DNA from: Camelus dromedarius | Lineage: Eukaryota | Assembly: GCF_036321535.1 (NCBI RefSeq) | Contig: NC_087436.1 | Location: forward strand, 82,400,001-82,464,000 | Reading direction: 5' to 3' | Length of the DNA stretch: 64,000 bases | Shown: positions 51,901 through 64,000 of the stretch, piece after piece | Layout: each line of letters begins with the position of its first letter | Numbering within the stretch: position 1 is the stretch's first letter | The notes under the pieces: generated by a model | What the model saw: the letters and a program-made list of their open reading frames with translations, nothing else | What the model was told of the DNA's origin: nothing | Database searches by the model: none | Position numbers and translations under genes: made by a program

Positions 51901-54900
51901 AGGCTGTGGAGAAAGGGGAACCCTCCTACACTGCTGGTGGGAATGCAGTTTGGTGCAGCCACTGTGGAAAACAGTATGCAGATTTCTCAAAAGACTAGGA
52001 ATAGACTTACCATATGACCCAGTTATCCCGCTCCTGGGCATATATCCAGAAGGAACCCTACTTCAAAAAGACACCTGCCCCCCAGTGTTCATAGCAGCAC
52101 TATTCACAATAGCCAAGACATGGAAACAGCCTAAATGTCCATCAACAGAAGACTGGATAAAGAGGTGGTGGTATATTTATACAATGAAATACTACTCAGC
52201 CATAAAAACCAACAACATAACGCCATATGCAGCAACATGGATGTCCCTGGAGAATGTCATTCTAAGTGAAGTCAGCCAGAAAGAGAAAGAAAAATACCAT
52301 ATGAGATACTCATATGTGTAATTAAAAAAAAAAACCACAAATACAAAAGAGAAACAGACTCACAAACATAGAATACAAACTTGTGGTTGCCAGGGGGGAG
52401 GTGGGTGGGAAGGGACAGACTAGGATTTGAAATTTGTAGATATTGACAGGCATACGTAGAATAGATAAACAAGATTATACTGTATAGCACAGGGAAATAT
52501 ATACAAGATCTTGTGGTAGCACACAGCGAAAAAAAATGTGACAATGAATATATGTATGTTCATGTATAACTGAACAACTGTGCTCTACACTGGAATTTGA
52601 CACAAAATTGTAAAATGACTAACTCAGTAAAAAAATGTTTAAAAATAAATAATAATAATAAAAAGAAAATTACAGATTTTATTTTGTCCAAAACATTAAC
52701 TGGAGTAAGAGTTTTCTGTTCTAACTAGAACTAAGTTTCCAGATTAAAACCAACTTCACCTTTGGCACCTACTCCAGTATTACCTTATCTTCAGAGAGGT
52801 TCACATGGCAGGACAAGCCCCAGACCCTTCCTTAGCCAGGTTATATTCCTGTGATTAGGCTACAATCAGGCCGTTTCTATTTACCCCCTTCCCCCACAGC
52901 AATCATCCCAGTAATTTTTAAAATTGTACTAGTAGAGCTTTGCCAGGAGAGGGCGCCCTGCCCCCATGAAGGTAAACTTTGTGTCACCTAGTCCTGGGGA
53001 CAAGGGTAAAAAAATCAATAATAATTAAAAATATATATACTGTCTGTTTTTAACTATTGAAAGACAGTCTGAGTGAAAAACTTGACTCAAATATATTAGT
53101 GTCTTATATTGGCAGATTTTATCCTTGGGGATTGTACTCACCTCTTCCTTTGACACCACTTTTCAGTTCTAGTCAACTGTTTCAAAAATTAATGAATTCT
53201 CATTGAGATATAATTGGCATATCATATTACATAAGTTTAAAGTATACAACCTGCTGATTTGATACATTTATACATTGCAGTATGATTGCCACCTTAGAGT
53301 CAGCTAATGCAGGTTACAGAATTATCATTTCTGTTTTGTGCTGGAAACAGTTAAAATTTAGCTTCTTAGCAATTTTGAAGTTTCTAATGCAGTACTGTTG
53401 TCTATAATCATAATTCTGAAGGAAGCAAGCAGTTTACTCACTGGGTCCAGAGTCCCATGTATATTATATGTCAGTTATATGAAACTTAGGCACTTAATCT
53501 GTACAAGAGATGTCTAAAGGAATATTCATCAAAATGGTAAGAGCAGTTTCCACTGAACAGACGATTTTAAGGAAATTTTAAAAGAAACTTTATTTGTATT
53601 TGTCTGTTGGAATCTTTTTTTAAGTATGCATCATGTTTACAAAGATGTTAAAGCTATTCCCTATGAGAGGAAACATTAAAAATTAACCTCAGAGCTAATC
53701 CTTTCTAATTTTATTTTTTAACTAAGGAAAGACTATATAGTCTGGTACATGTTTTGGAGGATAATCTTTAGATTACCAAAGGAGAGTGTTTTTAAGTTGT
53801 GGTCCTGGGTCACCTCTGTCAGAATTACCTATGATGCTTGTTAAACATACAGAATTCTAGGCTCCTTTCCCACCACTACTGCATCCCAACCAAACCGAAT
53901 AAATACCGTTGCTAGGGGTGGGACGCCTACATGGTTCCCAAGCACTCCTGGTGAAATGTATGTATACTTAAGTCTGAGAACCACCATTTAAGGAGAGAAA
54001 AAGGGAAGGATTAGCAACTTCACCAGTGTCATTCGTATCTATATTTAGATATAGTCCCTCCTTCTCTCTTTGTTTCTACCTATTTTCCCACAATCTATAT
54101 AGAAGCTGAAACTAAATGAGCTAAAGGCCTTGAATATCAGGTGTTTTAGGAATTAAAATATTTAGGAAAATCCACAGAATGGTTGACAAGCATAGCAATC
54201 ACCAATCCTTTTGTCTCCATTTCTGTCTCAGCTTACCTGGTACTTGGGTTTTTGATGAAGCCAGTGTTTATGAAATTAGGGCAGAGACATGTTGTTTTGA
54301 TTCCGGTTCTTTCTAAGGCAGCCAGTTCTTCAGTCAAAGCTTTATGAAATCCAACAGCAGCAAACTTGCTTGAACTGAAAATAAACAGAGTTCACAAAAT
54401 AATTCAAGAAAGCTGCTGCATCTGTTTAATTCACATTTCTGTTTTCCTCAATTAAGTGCCAAGCAGCATGGCAAGATCTGAATCTCAGGACCTGGCCCAG
54501 ACCTACTGAATCAGAATCTGCGTTCTAGATGATCCTCAGGTAAATTTATAGTAAACGCTAGTGAACTCTAAGAAGCACTAGCATAGAACATTATCGCAGC
54601 CCAGCATCATTTGTCAGAGTGAGAACTGAGTAGGTTTAAATGTTTGGTTAGGAAAATTGATAGGGTATTTTTGTTGTTATTGTTTCCATAAAATTTAATG
54701 TTGCTATAGGCTGCTCATTATTTACTATAATATGTTCACGGAATTCATTAGGAAACTCTCCTAGATAAGTCCTGTTCTTCCTTTAAGTCTCAGCTTGACT
54801 TCCTGAGAGAGGCCTTTCCTGACCAGTAGTCTAAATTATGCAGCCAGCTTCAGTTTTCCATGATAGCACATCTTGGGTTTGTAATTAAATATTCATTCGG

Positions 54901-57900
54901 GTGAATTTTTATTTAATGTCTGTCCCCTACCTTTAGTATAACAATCTCCATATAGATTTTGGTTCTCAATGAATCCCCAGGGCCTGGCACAGTGCTTGGC
55001 CTACAATAGGTGCTCAAAAAATACGTGTCAAATGAATGAATCAAAATGCAAAGAAATTCTTATTGTCGCAGAGCCTTCATTTGGAAAAAGAAGTGAAATT
55101 AATCATATTCTAAGTAGACATTACTTTTCCAGCTGAGTTTTTAAAGAAAACAGCATTATTGAGATATTAATTCATATACCATATAATTCACCCATTTAGG
55201 TGTACAACTCAATGGTTCTTGTAATATTACATTATTAATTTTTAAATTATGCAAAAATATTTATAATAAAAAATTTGCCATTTTAACCATTTTAAGTGTA
55301 TAATTCAGTGGCATTAATTACCAGATAGATTGTTTTTCTATAAATCTGTACAGATTTGCAATTATACAAAGTAGCTGTAAAATCTTGCCAATTAAACTGT
55401 GCTTTGGAAAACAGAAAGCTGTGGAATGTTCTCTCTCACCTTTTTTTTTTTAAAGCTTAGATATATATTGAAGGCTTATGAGAAAGATTGCTAGATTCAA
55501 TTACATAAAATGTAAATCTTCTGTACATTGAAAAACAACACAAACAAAAATAATCATATCTAAAATTGATCACTATATGCCAAACACTGTCCTCAGTTAT
55601 CAGATGCATTATTTAATTTAATTCTCACAACAACTCTGTGAAATAGATACTATCATGATCTCCATTACTGAAAAGGAAACTTAGGCAGAGCAGGGTTATA
55701 GGACTTGCCCAAAGACACAAAAGAAAGTGGAATCAGGCTTTAAATGTGGGCAACAAACCAGACCTTTATATGATATACTCTAAACTTTATTAGCTCCCAA
55801 CCAAGTTAAGAGGCAAATGACAAATGAGTAAAGCACTTGTAGTGTATAAGACAAAGATAAGAGTGAATACATGACAACTCTTATAAATGAATAAGACAAT
55901 AATCTAGTGGATAAATACCTAGGGACATTAGCAGAAAATTCACAAAATAAAAATACCAATAGATATATGCACATAAAAGGTTTTATTTATTTCAGGAGTA
56001 ATTAATATAAATACAAATTTTAAAAAGATAAATTTTTTGCCTAGCAGTAATGGTAAGGATATGAGGAAATTTTTTATTTGTATGAGTTGATTTTCAATGT
56101 ACAGAATATTTTCATTTTATATAACTGAATTGGCAATCTTATTAAGCCATCAAAATACATCTAAGCTCAAAAAAAAGTGACAGAACTTTCCACAGAACTT
56201 CCTATTTTCCAAAGGACAAGTAAATTGGCAGCATTTTCTGGAAGGTAATTTGGCAAAAAGCAAAAAATTCATTAAAAATATGCCATGCTTTTAGATTCGG
56301 TAATTTCTCTTTTAAGTATTTATGTCAAGGAAATAATCAATCACATTTCTAAAGATTTATACTCAGGGATAGACCCTGGAGTATACAGCTCATGAAGGCA
56401 GGAAAATTGGAAACAATTTTAAGTGTCTGAAGGGGACAGCTGCTGTTTTTGCCCTACAGCATTCATACTCCCTCATTCTGGTAACATCACTCGGATTTTG
56501 CTCAGTTATACCCCAGCTCCCCATCCCTATATGGTAGTTGGATCCAAGTTGGTCTCGTTAGAGTGAGCTCTAGAACTAGAACATTTGAAGGCATGGCTCT
56601 TCCCCCATCTGCTGGACCTGGAGTTGAAAGGATCTTGTTCCAGACAACTACTATGGCTAGAGCCCATCTTGCCAGCAGAGAAGAATCTGCCTAAGACTTT
56701 CTCTTTTGGTCTGTGGAAGTTTAAGTTTTGTGTTCCTTGCAACTAAAAGAGTCTTAACAAATAAATTATCTAACAATAATGCATAAATTGAATAAACAGT
56801 GGCAGATATATACAATGGCATAGCATGCAGGAATTAAAAATGATGTTCACATACGTATTTATTAACATGCAAAATGTTTATTTTAAATTAAAAAAAAGCA
56901 TGATTATGTATGCAGATTTTTCTCAACGCATGATTTTATAGCTGCTTTTAAAATGTCTTTAAAAACTGTAACAAATGCTTATCATAGTTATTTCATTGTT
57001 GGGATGTTTTTAATGTTTAGAATCCTAGATTATACTCTCTTTACATTGTTTTATTTCCACAAAATTACTTTATTAAAATTATTAATATTAACTTTTGTTC
57101 ATGGTACAAAAATATTGTTCTTGTTTTATAATTCCTTGCTGTTAAAAGGGATGAGAAATGCTTTAAGCACTTGGCTTCTTATTGGATAATTTCCCTGTAG
57201 CCATCTCTAGAATTGTCAACCCAGGAGGAGATTAATGATTGATAGTGCTGTTGTACAAGAGATTTTGTGCAATTCTTTCTGCTTACTTCAGCATCTTCAA
57301 GTCTAATATTGTTAAAGAGTAGTCCTCATTAGACAGGATAAGAAATCACACACAAGTTAAGCATAGTAACCAATGAAGGAAACACATGTTCACATACCAA
57401 TAAGCCAATAAAAAGGGGACCCCAGTATGCCCAGCTGCTGAAGCCACAGTGACAATATGGCCATGATTATTCTTCATCATCTCTGGAAGAAATGCCTTTG
57501 TAGTCTAGAAATAGTTATTATTAAAAGAGAAAAAATATTGTTACTTCTGATTTGCAAATCCATTGGTAATATTTCAAAACAAAGGTATATTTTGTTGACA
57601 TTGTTCTTGGCATAAATGAAGAAACCTAGATTAATTGTGATATTGTTCTTGGCATAAATGAAAAAACCTAGATTAATTGCCAAATGTAGCAACACAAGAC
57701 AAATGCATAGGATGCTCAGATTAGAAAAACTAAGTGAAACAATGAACCCCAAAAACTTTGAGAATCCATCTCATTTAAACTGTTAACTTATGTCCCCAGT
57801 TCTCCCACTTTTTGTTACTGATGACTTCTACCATTTCATATACTGAATAGGGATAATATCTAGAGTTCTCAAAAAATTTTACATTCAATGTGAAATTATT

Positions 57901-60900
57901 AGAAAAGAGTTTAGTTATATCATCAAAATACTGAGTGATAACAATCTTCCAGTAGTTACTGAATGAGTCATACAATAAATATTTATTGAGCACCTACTCT
58001 ATGCTGGGGATTCAGAAAAAAAAAAAACCCTATGTTTTAAGAGAGGCAGAAAGAGGCACACTTATAAGTCATAAAAATATAAAAATGCTGTTAATAACTT
58101 GGGAATATTAACATAAAATAATACTGCATTCCCACCAACTCCAATATTCCTTTTTTTTAAATTGAGGTATAGTTGATTTACAATATTATGTTAGTTTCAA
58201 GTGTACAGCAAGGTAATTCAGTTTTATATATGTATATATATAAAAGTATATATATACATATATATACACACATACACATATTTTCAGATTATTTTCTACT
58301 ATAGATTATTACAATGTATTGAATATAATTCCCTGTGCTATATGGTAAATCCTTGTTGCTTATCTATTTCATATACAGTAGTTTGTATGTTAATCCTATA
58401 TTCCTAATTTGTCACTCCTACCCCTCTTTGTTTTCTATGTCTGTGAGTCTGTTTCTGTTTTGTATTTGTATTATTTTTTAGATTCCACATATAAGTGATA
58501 TCATATATTTGCCTTTCTTTGTCTGACTTACTTCACTAAGTAATATACTCTCTGTCCATTCATGTTGCTGCAAATAGCAATATTTCATTCTTTTTCATGG
58601 CTGATTAATATTTTATCAGACATATGACATATATATATATAATATATATATATTATATATTATATATATATTTATATGTACACACACACATACCATATCT
58701 TCTTAAGCCAGTCATCTGTTGATGGACACTTGGGTTGTTACCATGTCTTGGCTATTGTAATAGTGCTGCTATGAACAACTGGGTGCATATATCTTTTCAA
58801 ATTAAAGTTTTCATTTTTTCCAGATACATACTCAGTAGTGGGACTCCTGGGTCCTATGGTAGTTCTATTTTTAGTTTTTTAAGGAACTTCTATACCGTTT
58901 CCAATAGTGGTTGCACCAGTTTACATTCTGAGGTCACGCATCCCAAACTTATATTCAAGAAAACTTTGAGGTACTCTTATGAACTGGCTATTTGGCCAAT
59001 ATTTAGACTCTCTTTTTCTCATTCTCCCTCTCTTTATATATTATTTAAGACCATGAATGGTGAGTTGTAATAAAGTTTGCAATTTGGGGACCAGGAAATA
59101 ACATGAGGCCTGAGTCTCATGAGAATCTGAGAGAATCTGGGTTCACTTTTTATAGAATCACAGAAGATGACTCAGATGATCTCTAATCCCTTCTTTCATC
59201 TCGAAACAGGATCACACAGAAGTGTGAGATCTAGCTTAGAATTAAAACATATATATAACACCTAAAGTCTATTCTTATTATTATTAATTAATATTATTAG
59301 TATTTTTTGAGGGAGGAGAAGAATGATTGACAGGATTTGGGCATAATATGAAAAACAATTTCTTTGTACAATGTTATCCCGGGTACCTGGAGAAAACTTT
59401 AGTATTGATTTGATACATCCTAATGTCTGCTTAAAGCTCCACTTTAAACTTAATCTTTGGGTTATACAAAACGGAATAGTTTTGTAAAAGAAATCATACT
59501 TACCCAGAAATGTGCAAGTACATTAACTTCAAAAGTCTTTTCAATCTGAGGGTCTTGTGTAGCAAACAAATCTGATGTGTAGACTACACCAGCATTATTT
59601 ACTAAAATACTAACATCTCCAATTTCAGCCTTCACCTTTAAAAATAAAATGAGAAAAATATTTTCAGCATTAAGAGGTCTAAAAGTAGGTTTGCATGCAG
59701 TGACTATTAAGGAAGTATGATTTTTCTATTAGATATGGAAAAAAAGTAGTTTTGTAATCTATGTGCCAAATGGAAAAAAATTTTTAATTTTAAGAAAATT
59801 TCAAAGTAGCCCTGCCTGTAGTTCTACTGGCAGAAATTTTATTTTGCAATTTAGTATCTAGGCTTTGCTCTCTCTAATGATTAGAGCCCAAGAGGCATTT
59901 GTCTAACAAAAACATAGCCAGTGACAGATAAGCAGCATTTATTTTTTAAAACTACTTCAAAAGGTAAGCAAAGAAAAAAAAGTTAAATTAATAAGCAAAT
60001 GCAGGGACTGTTATATGGGAACCATGTAAAACCGATTATACTATTAAGCTTCCACTTCTTTATTTCTTTATTTTTGTGTTCACTTCATCTATTGCTCACC
60101 AACCTTTCTTCACCAGATGACAAACAGGCTTAGGGGCTAGCAATACAAGGGTATCTTCTTCCATATTTTTATAGCTCTTTGCATAACTAAGCTTCCTGGT
60201 GGAAGGACCCTAGAGTTACAGTGCATTTTGTTACATATTGTGTTCCAAATAAAAGCTAGCTCCTATTAATAGAGTTATCATTATTTAGATAGTGCTGTGG
60301 TGTGTTGGGGGACTGAGGGGGAGGTGGTATATAGCCCGTTAAAGCCTTTCACGATGCTATGCATTTTACATGATTTCATGATTTATCTCACTTAATTCTC
60401 ACTATTCAATGAGGTATTAATTCTTATATGCTCATTTTAAAGGTCTGAAACATGAGACATAAAAGGACTGTTTCTTGCCCAAGGTTATATGGGTATAAAA
60501 GGTCACATGGAGCTAGGACTCTCCCAGATCCTCTGACCTCAGGGCAAGACAAGCCATCTCAGACAGAAAGGAAGCCTGGGCGAAGGCCCATCAACACCTC
60601 AGGAGGCCATCAGCGTGTCACTGCTGAAGGCTTGTCAGCCAGAATTGAATTTCATCAGGTTATTCTTAAATTACTAAAGAACCAAGCTGAATTATTTGGC
60701 CCTGGATGAACAGAACACTGTTTGTACCTATATCCACATCTCCAGCACATTATGAAAACTGTTGTTCAGAATAATGCCCCTAAGTTATTGAGAAAAACAG
60801 GACATTTCACGTGGTTGAATTGATGAAGCTGCCATAATGACTCCAAATTAATGTGACTCAGAAGATAAATTACTGTTTTATATTGCCAAAGGAACTTGAG

Positions 60901-62558
60901 CATCCTTGAGCTCTCCATCATGACCTATTGTCTCCCAGGGTTTGCACATTTCTTAGTAATGAAAGCAAGCTGAGAGTTTAATTGTTTAGGTGGCATAAAA
61001 TTGTCCTGATGCCAAAATAGCTACATCAAAATAGCTGATGATCACGTGTCCCTTGTGTATACTCTGTTTAAGCATATAGTTTATCTTAGGATGATTTCAG
61101 CAAAAAAAACACTGTAGTTAAAACACATGGGATAGGTTCAAATAATAAAACTATCTTTCCAGGAAAAGCCTATTCCCAGATGAGTCTGGAAACAAATGTT
61201 TTCTATTCAGGTAACTAAAGATGTTGGGTTAGTAAATCCTTTTAACAAAGACCAATTACAAAATTATATAGATAATATTGGTGATTCTACTTTACTACTA
61301 GTAACTAATTTTTTTTTTTATAAAATAGATGAACAACAAGGTCCCAATGTAGAGCACAGGGAACCACACTCAATACCCTGTAATGGCCTGTAATAAAAAT
61401 ATATGAAAAGGAATATATATATAGAAAAATTAATAAATTAATTTTTAAAAAATCATGCTAAAAGGACTTTTGAAAGAAAACTGATAACCAGTTGTTTGAT
61501 GACACACAGACAAAAATAACACATATGTATTGTTTGTCATGACATGGCTCCATTCAAGGTACTACATAAAGAAGCATTTCATGAAATCAAGTGTTTCTAA
61601 AGCCTAAATTGCCTGAGAAATTAACTCAGATCAGGTAATCTGCATATAGATAGTCATGGCCACTAGGTATTATGGTAGTTGACTTTCAATTATGTTTAAA
61701 AAAATTGAACTATTTTTTCATCTCAGAGAGCAATAATTTTTCCTTATTTCTTAGGGTCAAAGAATTTGTGAATATATTCATCATCAATTACAATCACTTA
61801 AAAATATATAGGCCCTTCAATCAATTAAAATTGGTACTATGGTCTTAAACTCATTTTTATTTTAAGATGAAGTAGATTTGGCTACAAATGTTACCTGATA
61901 ATTTGTTACTTCCAAATAAAACTAGCTTGAAAATATATTACAGGCATTTCAGCACTGCCATTGAGGTATATGTTGAGATATTAATGCCTCTTCATAAATA
62001 TTTTTGTGCTTAAATATTATAAAAGGTTGTGGTTAAGCTACTGTAGGCGTAAATCACTGACCATTTATTTATCCAGTTTTCTTTTCTCAAATGAGTAATG
62101 ACCCTGCACATGGGCATCTTTTACAACTCTTACATTAAGCTCTTCCATGAGTTGGATGCAATAAATTTGTTCAAAACTCATCCAAGGTATTACTATCCTC
62201 ATAAAAACATTTCTTTACGAGTCCCAAATTATAGGTGCCCTTCTCTACCCCTACTCTGAAGCTGCCTGATGTCTTAAGTCTTAAATGTGTACAGAAATTC
62301 AGTGCCAAAATAAATTAATTTACAGTCAAATAACAAGTCAGTGAGCAACATGGCAAAGTTAGACAAAAGTTGCTTTGCAATAGACATAGCCTCTTTCAAT
62401 GCTGCAAAATTGCATATATATATATAAAATACGTACACATATATATAAAATACAAAAATTGAATTTAGCATAAATTAGTTTATACATTTAACATATGTTC
62501 TTGGGTACAGAGATCACAGGGATAGAAAATACAGACCCACATAAAATGTTATCTTCCC

Positions 62559-62598
<40 letters not shown>

Positions 62599-63833
62599 AA
62601 TAACTAATTCCTACAGAGGGGCTACTAAGTGCCAGATACTGTTCTAAGAACTTTATGTCATTAATTCACTTAATCCTCATAACAATCCTATGAAGTAGGT
62701 ACTGCTGTGATCCCCACTTTATAATTGAGAAAAGTTAGGCACAGGGAGGGTAAGTAAGTTACCCAAGGTGACATAGGTACTACCAACTAGAACAGCTCTC
62801 ATCTCTGTGAAGGAGAATCATTATTGATGTAAGTAAAATAGTTATTGTTAAATGTAGATATTTCTCGCCTAAAGGACTTGCTCTTACTGTACCCTTTCCA
62901 GGAAAGCCATTACCCACCACTGGCCTGGGTAATTTCTACTTACTCTTTTGACTTAGCTCAGGCTTCGCTGATAATAAAGAGGCATCAGTTTGAAAAAAAA
63001 ATTACAATGTAAAAATAGAAGTTAAAAATGCCCCCAAATCTAAAATTCTCAAACAATGAGGTTCTCAAGTCTGGTTGAACTGGAATCTTTATAATGTACT
63101 GAATCAGAATATCCAGGGGTGATGTCCAGGAATGTGAATTTTAAAAGAATTTTCCCAGGCCCTAATGACCTTTCTACTGTTACAGTATTTAGTTTACAAG
63201 GATGAGTATGAATACATTTAGGGTGAAACCCCATTACCTGAAGCACATCTCAGTTGTATACAGAAGATGCAAATAATGCTTTCTAGAAATAGATCTATAT
63301 ATGATCAAACCCTGATAAATAGGTTTATCCTAAGCACCTAACCCAGTTCTTTGCTGGGCTTCAGAAGACCCTGTCAGTGATTCTGTAGGTCATCCAAGGA
63401 TTCACCTGCATCAGAATTAGATGGGCGAGTTGTGGGTGCATAGGGTACTAAACATGCAGATTCCTGAGTCCGGCCCTCGATCTACTGAAAGAAAACTTCT
63501 AGGGTGCCTATTTTTTTTTAAACAAGTTCCCTGGAAGATTCCAGAACACACTAAAGTCTGGGAACCTCAGTTCTAGGTTCTAGTTCTGGGTCTGCCACTA
63601 GCTAGCTGCACAACCTTGGGTGAACCACAAACCTACTGTTACTTTGTTTACATAATAATGGGGTCATGGCCAAAATCCCTCCCATCTCTGACATGATACA
63701 ATTTGAACCAAATATAAAATTTCACCTTCTTTGCAGAGCTGTAAATTTCTTCTCGGTTACTGCAGTCGACCGCAGAGGAATGAACCTTTGCACCTAGTCT
63801 CTTGCATTCAGCAGCTGTTTCCTCAAGTCCATG
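36827..63833 (-). CDS. HSD17B11: 17-beta-hydroxysteroid dehydrogenase 11, exons 2-7 (5'-partial; exon 1 outside window)
   Basis: Six exons of 108/132/107/138/117/91 nt, GT-AG, in frame, with NNAG and YCSSK motifs; tandem upstream paralog of HSD17B13. Confidence 0.97.
38380..38720. mobile_element. Two adjacent MER5-like elements (others at about 12375-12495, 53790-53985, 54470-54580, 63060-63570)
   Basis: GTGGTTTCCAATCTTGGCTG...AAATCAGAATCT...CTCCCAGGTGA motifs. Confidence 0.7.
39204..39320 (-). CDS. HSD17B11: HSD17B11 exon 6
   Basis: CAG|(S)[38 protein letters not shown](K)|GTAAG. Confidence 0.97.
41041..41204. mobile_element. MER63-like DNA transposon
   Basis: CAGTGGTATGCTGGTAAATG start and ...TCAGTACTCTACTG end form imperfect terminal inverted repeats. 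Confidence 0.7.
41540..43790 (+). mobile_element. Old L1 ORF2 (EN to RT) fragment with nested L1 3' ends
   Basis: Degraded EN and [13 protein letters not shown] remnants. Nested L1 3' end at 41915-42496 has TSD AGAAAT(T/C)GGTAACA (41901-41914, 42497-42510); a second insert lies at about 42835-42980. Confidence 0.85.
47189..48086 (+). pseudogene. L1 ORF1 remnant (frameshifted)
   Basis: Split ORFs 47189-47563 and 47653-48030 with ORF1p motifs ([36 protein letters not shown]). Confidence 0.93.
48513..52321 (+). pseudogene. L1 ORF2 remnant (multiple frameshifts and stops)
   Basis: [63 protein letters not shown] and HCWWEC are spread over many ORF pieces. Confidence 0.95.
54237..54374 (-). CDS. 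HSD17B11: HSD17B11 exon 5
   Basis: CAG|(C)[45 protein letters not shown](S)|GTAAG. Confidence 0.97.
56435..56765. mobile_element. LTR33/LTR16-like ERVL LTR remnant within an old L1ME-like fragment
   Basis: CTGCTGTTTTTGCCC...TTCTGGTAACA...CTTGCAACTAAAAGAGTCTTAAC. Confidence 0.55.
57398..57504 (-). CDS. HSD17B11: HSD17B11 exon 4
   Basis: [38 protein letters not shown](C)|GTATG. Confidence 0.97.
57596..57679 (+). repeat. 42-bp tandem duplication (40/42 identical)
   Basis: TGA(C/T)ATTGTTCTTGGCATAAATGAA(G/A)AAACCTAGATTAATTG, two copies. Confidence 0.95.
58150..58930 (-). mobile_element. L1 3' end (about 780 bp), HSD17B11 intron 3, with (TA)-rich tracts
   Basis: Reverse complement of the 3' UTR type seen at 24500-25100. 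Confidence 0.9.
59504..59635 (-). CDS. HSD17B11: HSD17B11 exon 3
   Basis: [52 protein letters not shown]. Confidence 0.97.
61318..61430 (+). mobile_element. Short L1 3' UTR fragment
   Basis: AAAATAGATGAACAACAAGG...AGCACAGGGAAC...TATGAAAAGGAATATATAT. Confidence 0.75.
62561..62596 (+). repeat. (TG)18 microsatellite
   Basis: Read directly. Confidence 0.95.
63726..63833 (-). CDS. HSD17B11: HSD17B11 exon 2
   Basis: [44 protein letters not shown]. Confidence 0.96.
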
Positions 63834-64000
63834 CTAGAAAAAGCAACAAAGGGTAAGGAAAACAAAATGAATGACATGAGCATATTATATCAATAGCCAA
63901 AAACATTTATGGGTAGTCAGATTCTTTGGATTAGGATTGGACAAGAATTTAACTGACACATATTTTTGACAGGGACATAGGTAAACTTTACTCTCAATAC

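Larger units (their letters stand above)
45403..52662 (+). mobile_element. Full-length (about 7.26 kb) inactivated LINE-1 in HSD17B11 intron 5, antisense to the gene
   Basis: GGGGGGAG...AAGATGGCGG start, GC-rich 5' UTR, ORF1, ORF2 (EN, RT, C-terminal domain) and A-rich tail. 11-bp TSD AAGAAAATTAC at 45392-45402 and 52663-52673, at a TT/AA endonuclease site. Confidence 0.97.

Noticed and set aside
45403..52662. Retrotransposition-competent L1
   Set aside because: Both ORFs carry frameshifts or stops; some lie in homopolymers, but there are too many to be all sequencing errors.
1..64000. CRISPR arrays, tRNA/rRNA/snRNA genes, prokaryotic-type systems, additional protein-coding genes
   Set aside because: None seen. 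The repeats are microsatellites, two-copy duplications or transposon remnants, and the remaining short ORFs lack coding features.

Overview
Mammalian AT-rich genomic DNA containing the tandem short-chain dehydrogenase/reductase pair HSD17B13 and HSD17B11, both on the - strand. HSD17B13 is complete: 7 coding exons (8426-20940, 903 nt, 300 aa), all introns GT-AG, with TGxxxGxG and N144/S172/Y185/K189 intact. For HSD17B11, exons 2-7 are present (36827-63833) and exon 1 lies beyond the window end. The rest is intron or intergenic sequence full of transposon remnants. These include a full-length but inactivated 7.26-kb L1 with TSDs in HSD17B11 intron 5, several 5'-truncated L1s with TSDs, ERV/MaLR solo LTRs, and L2, MIR and MER elements. 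The L1 3' ends look cetartiodactyl, and I saw no Alu, B1/B2, PRE-1, Bov-tA or Can-SINE, so a camelid is my best guess (inference). I found no convincing new biological system. The most interesting observations are: (1) a 38-bp locally templated insertion inside an L1 ORF1; (2) a MER41-like LTR carrying a GAS motif right next to the HSD17B13 promoter; (3) a two-strand acceptor/ATTAAA/A-run cassette downstream of HSD17B11; (4) an unusual S-S-A stretch in HSD17B11 exon 2. Repeat family names come from recall rather than a database search, and their boundaries are approximate unless a TSD is quoted.
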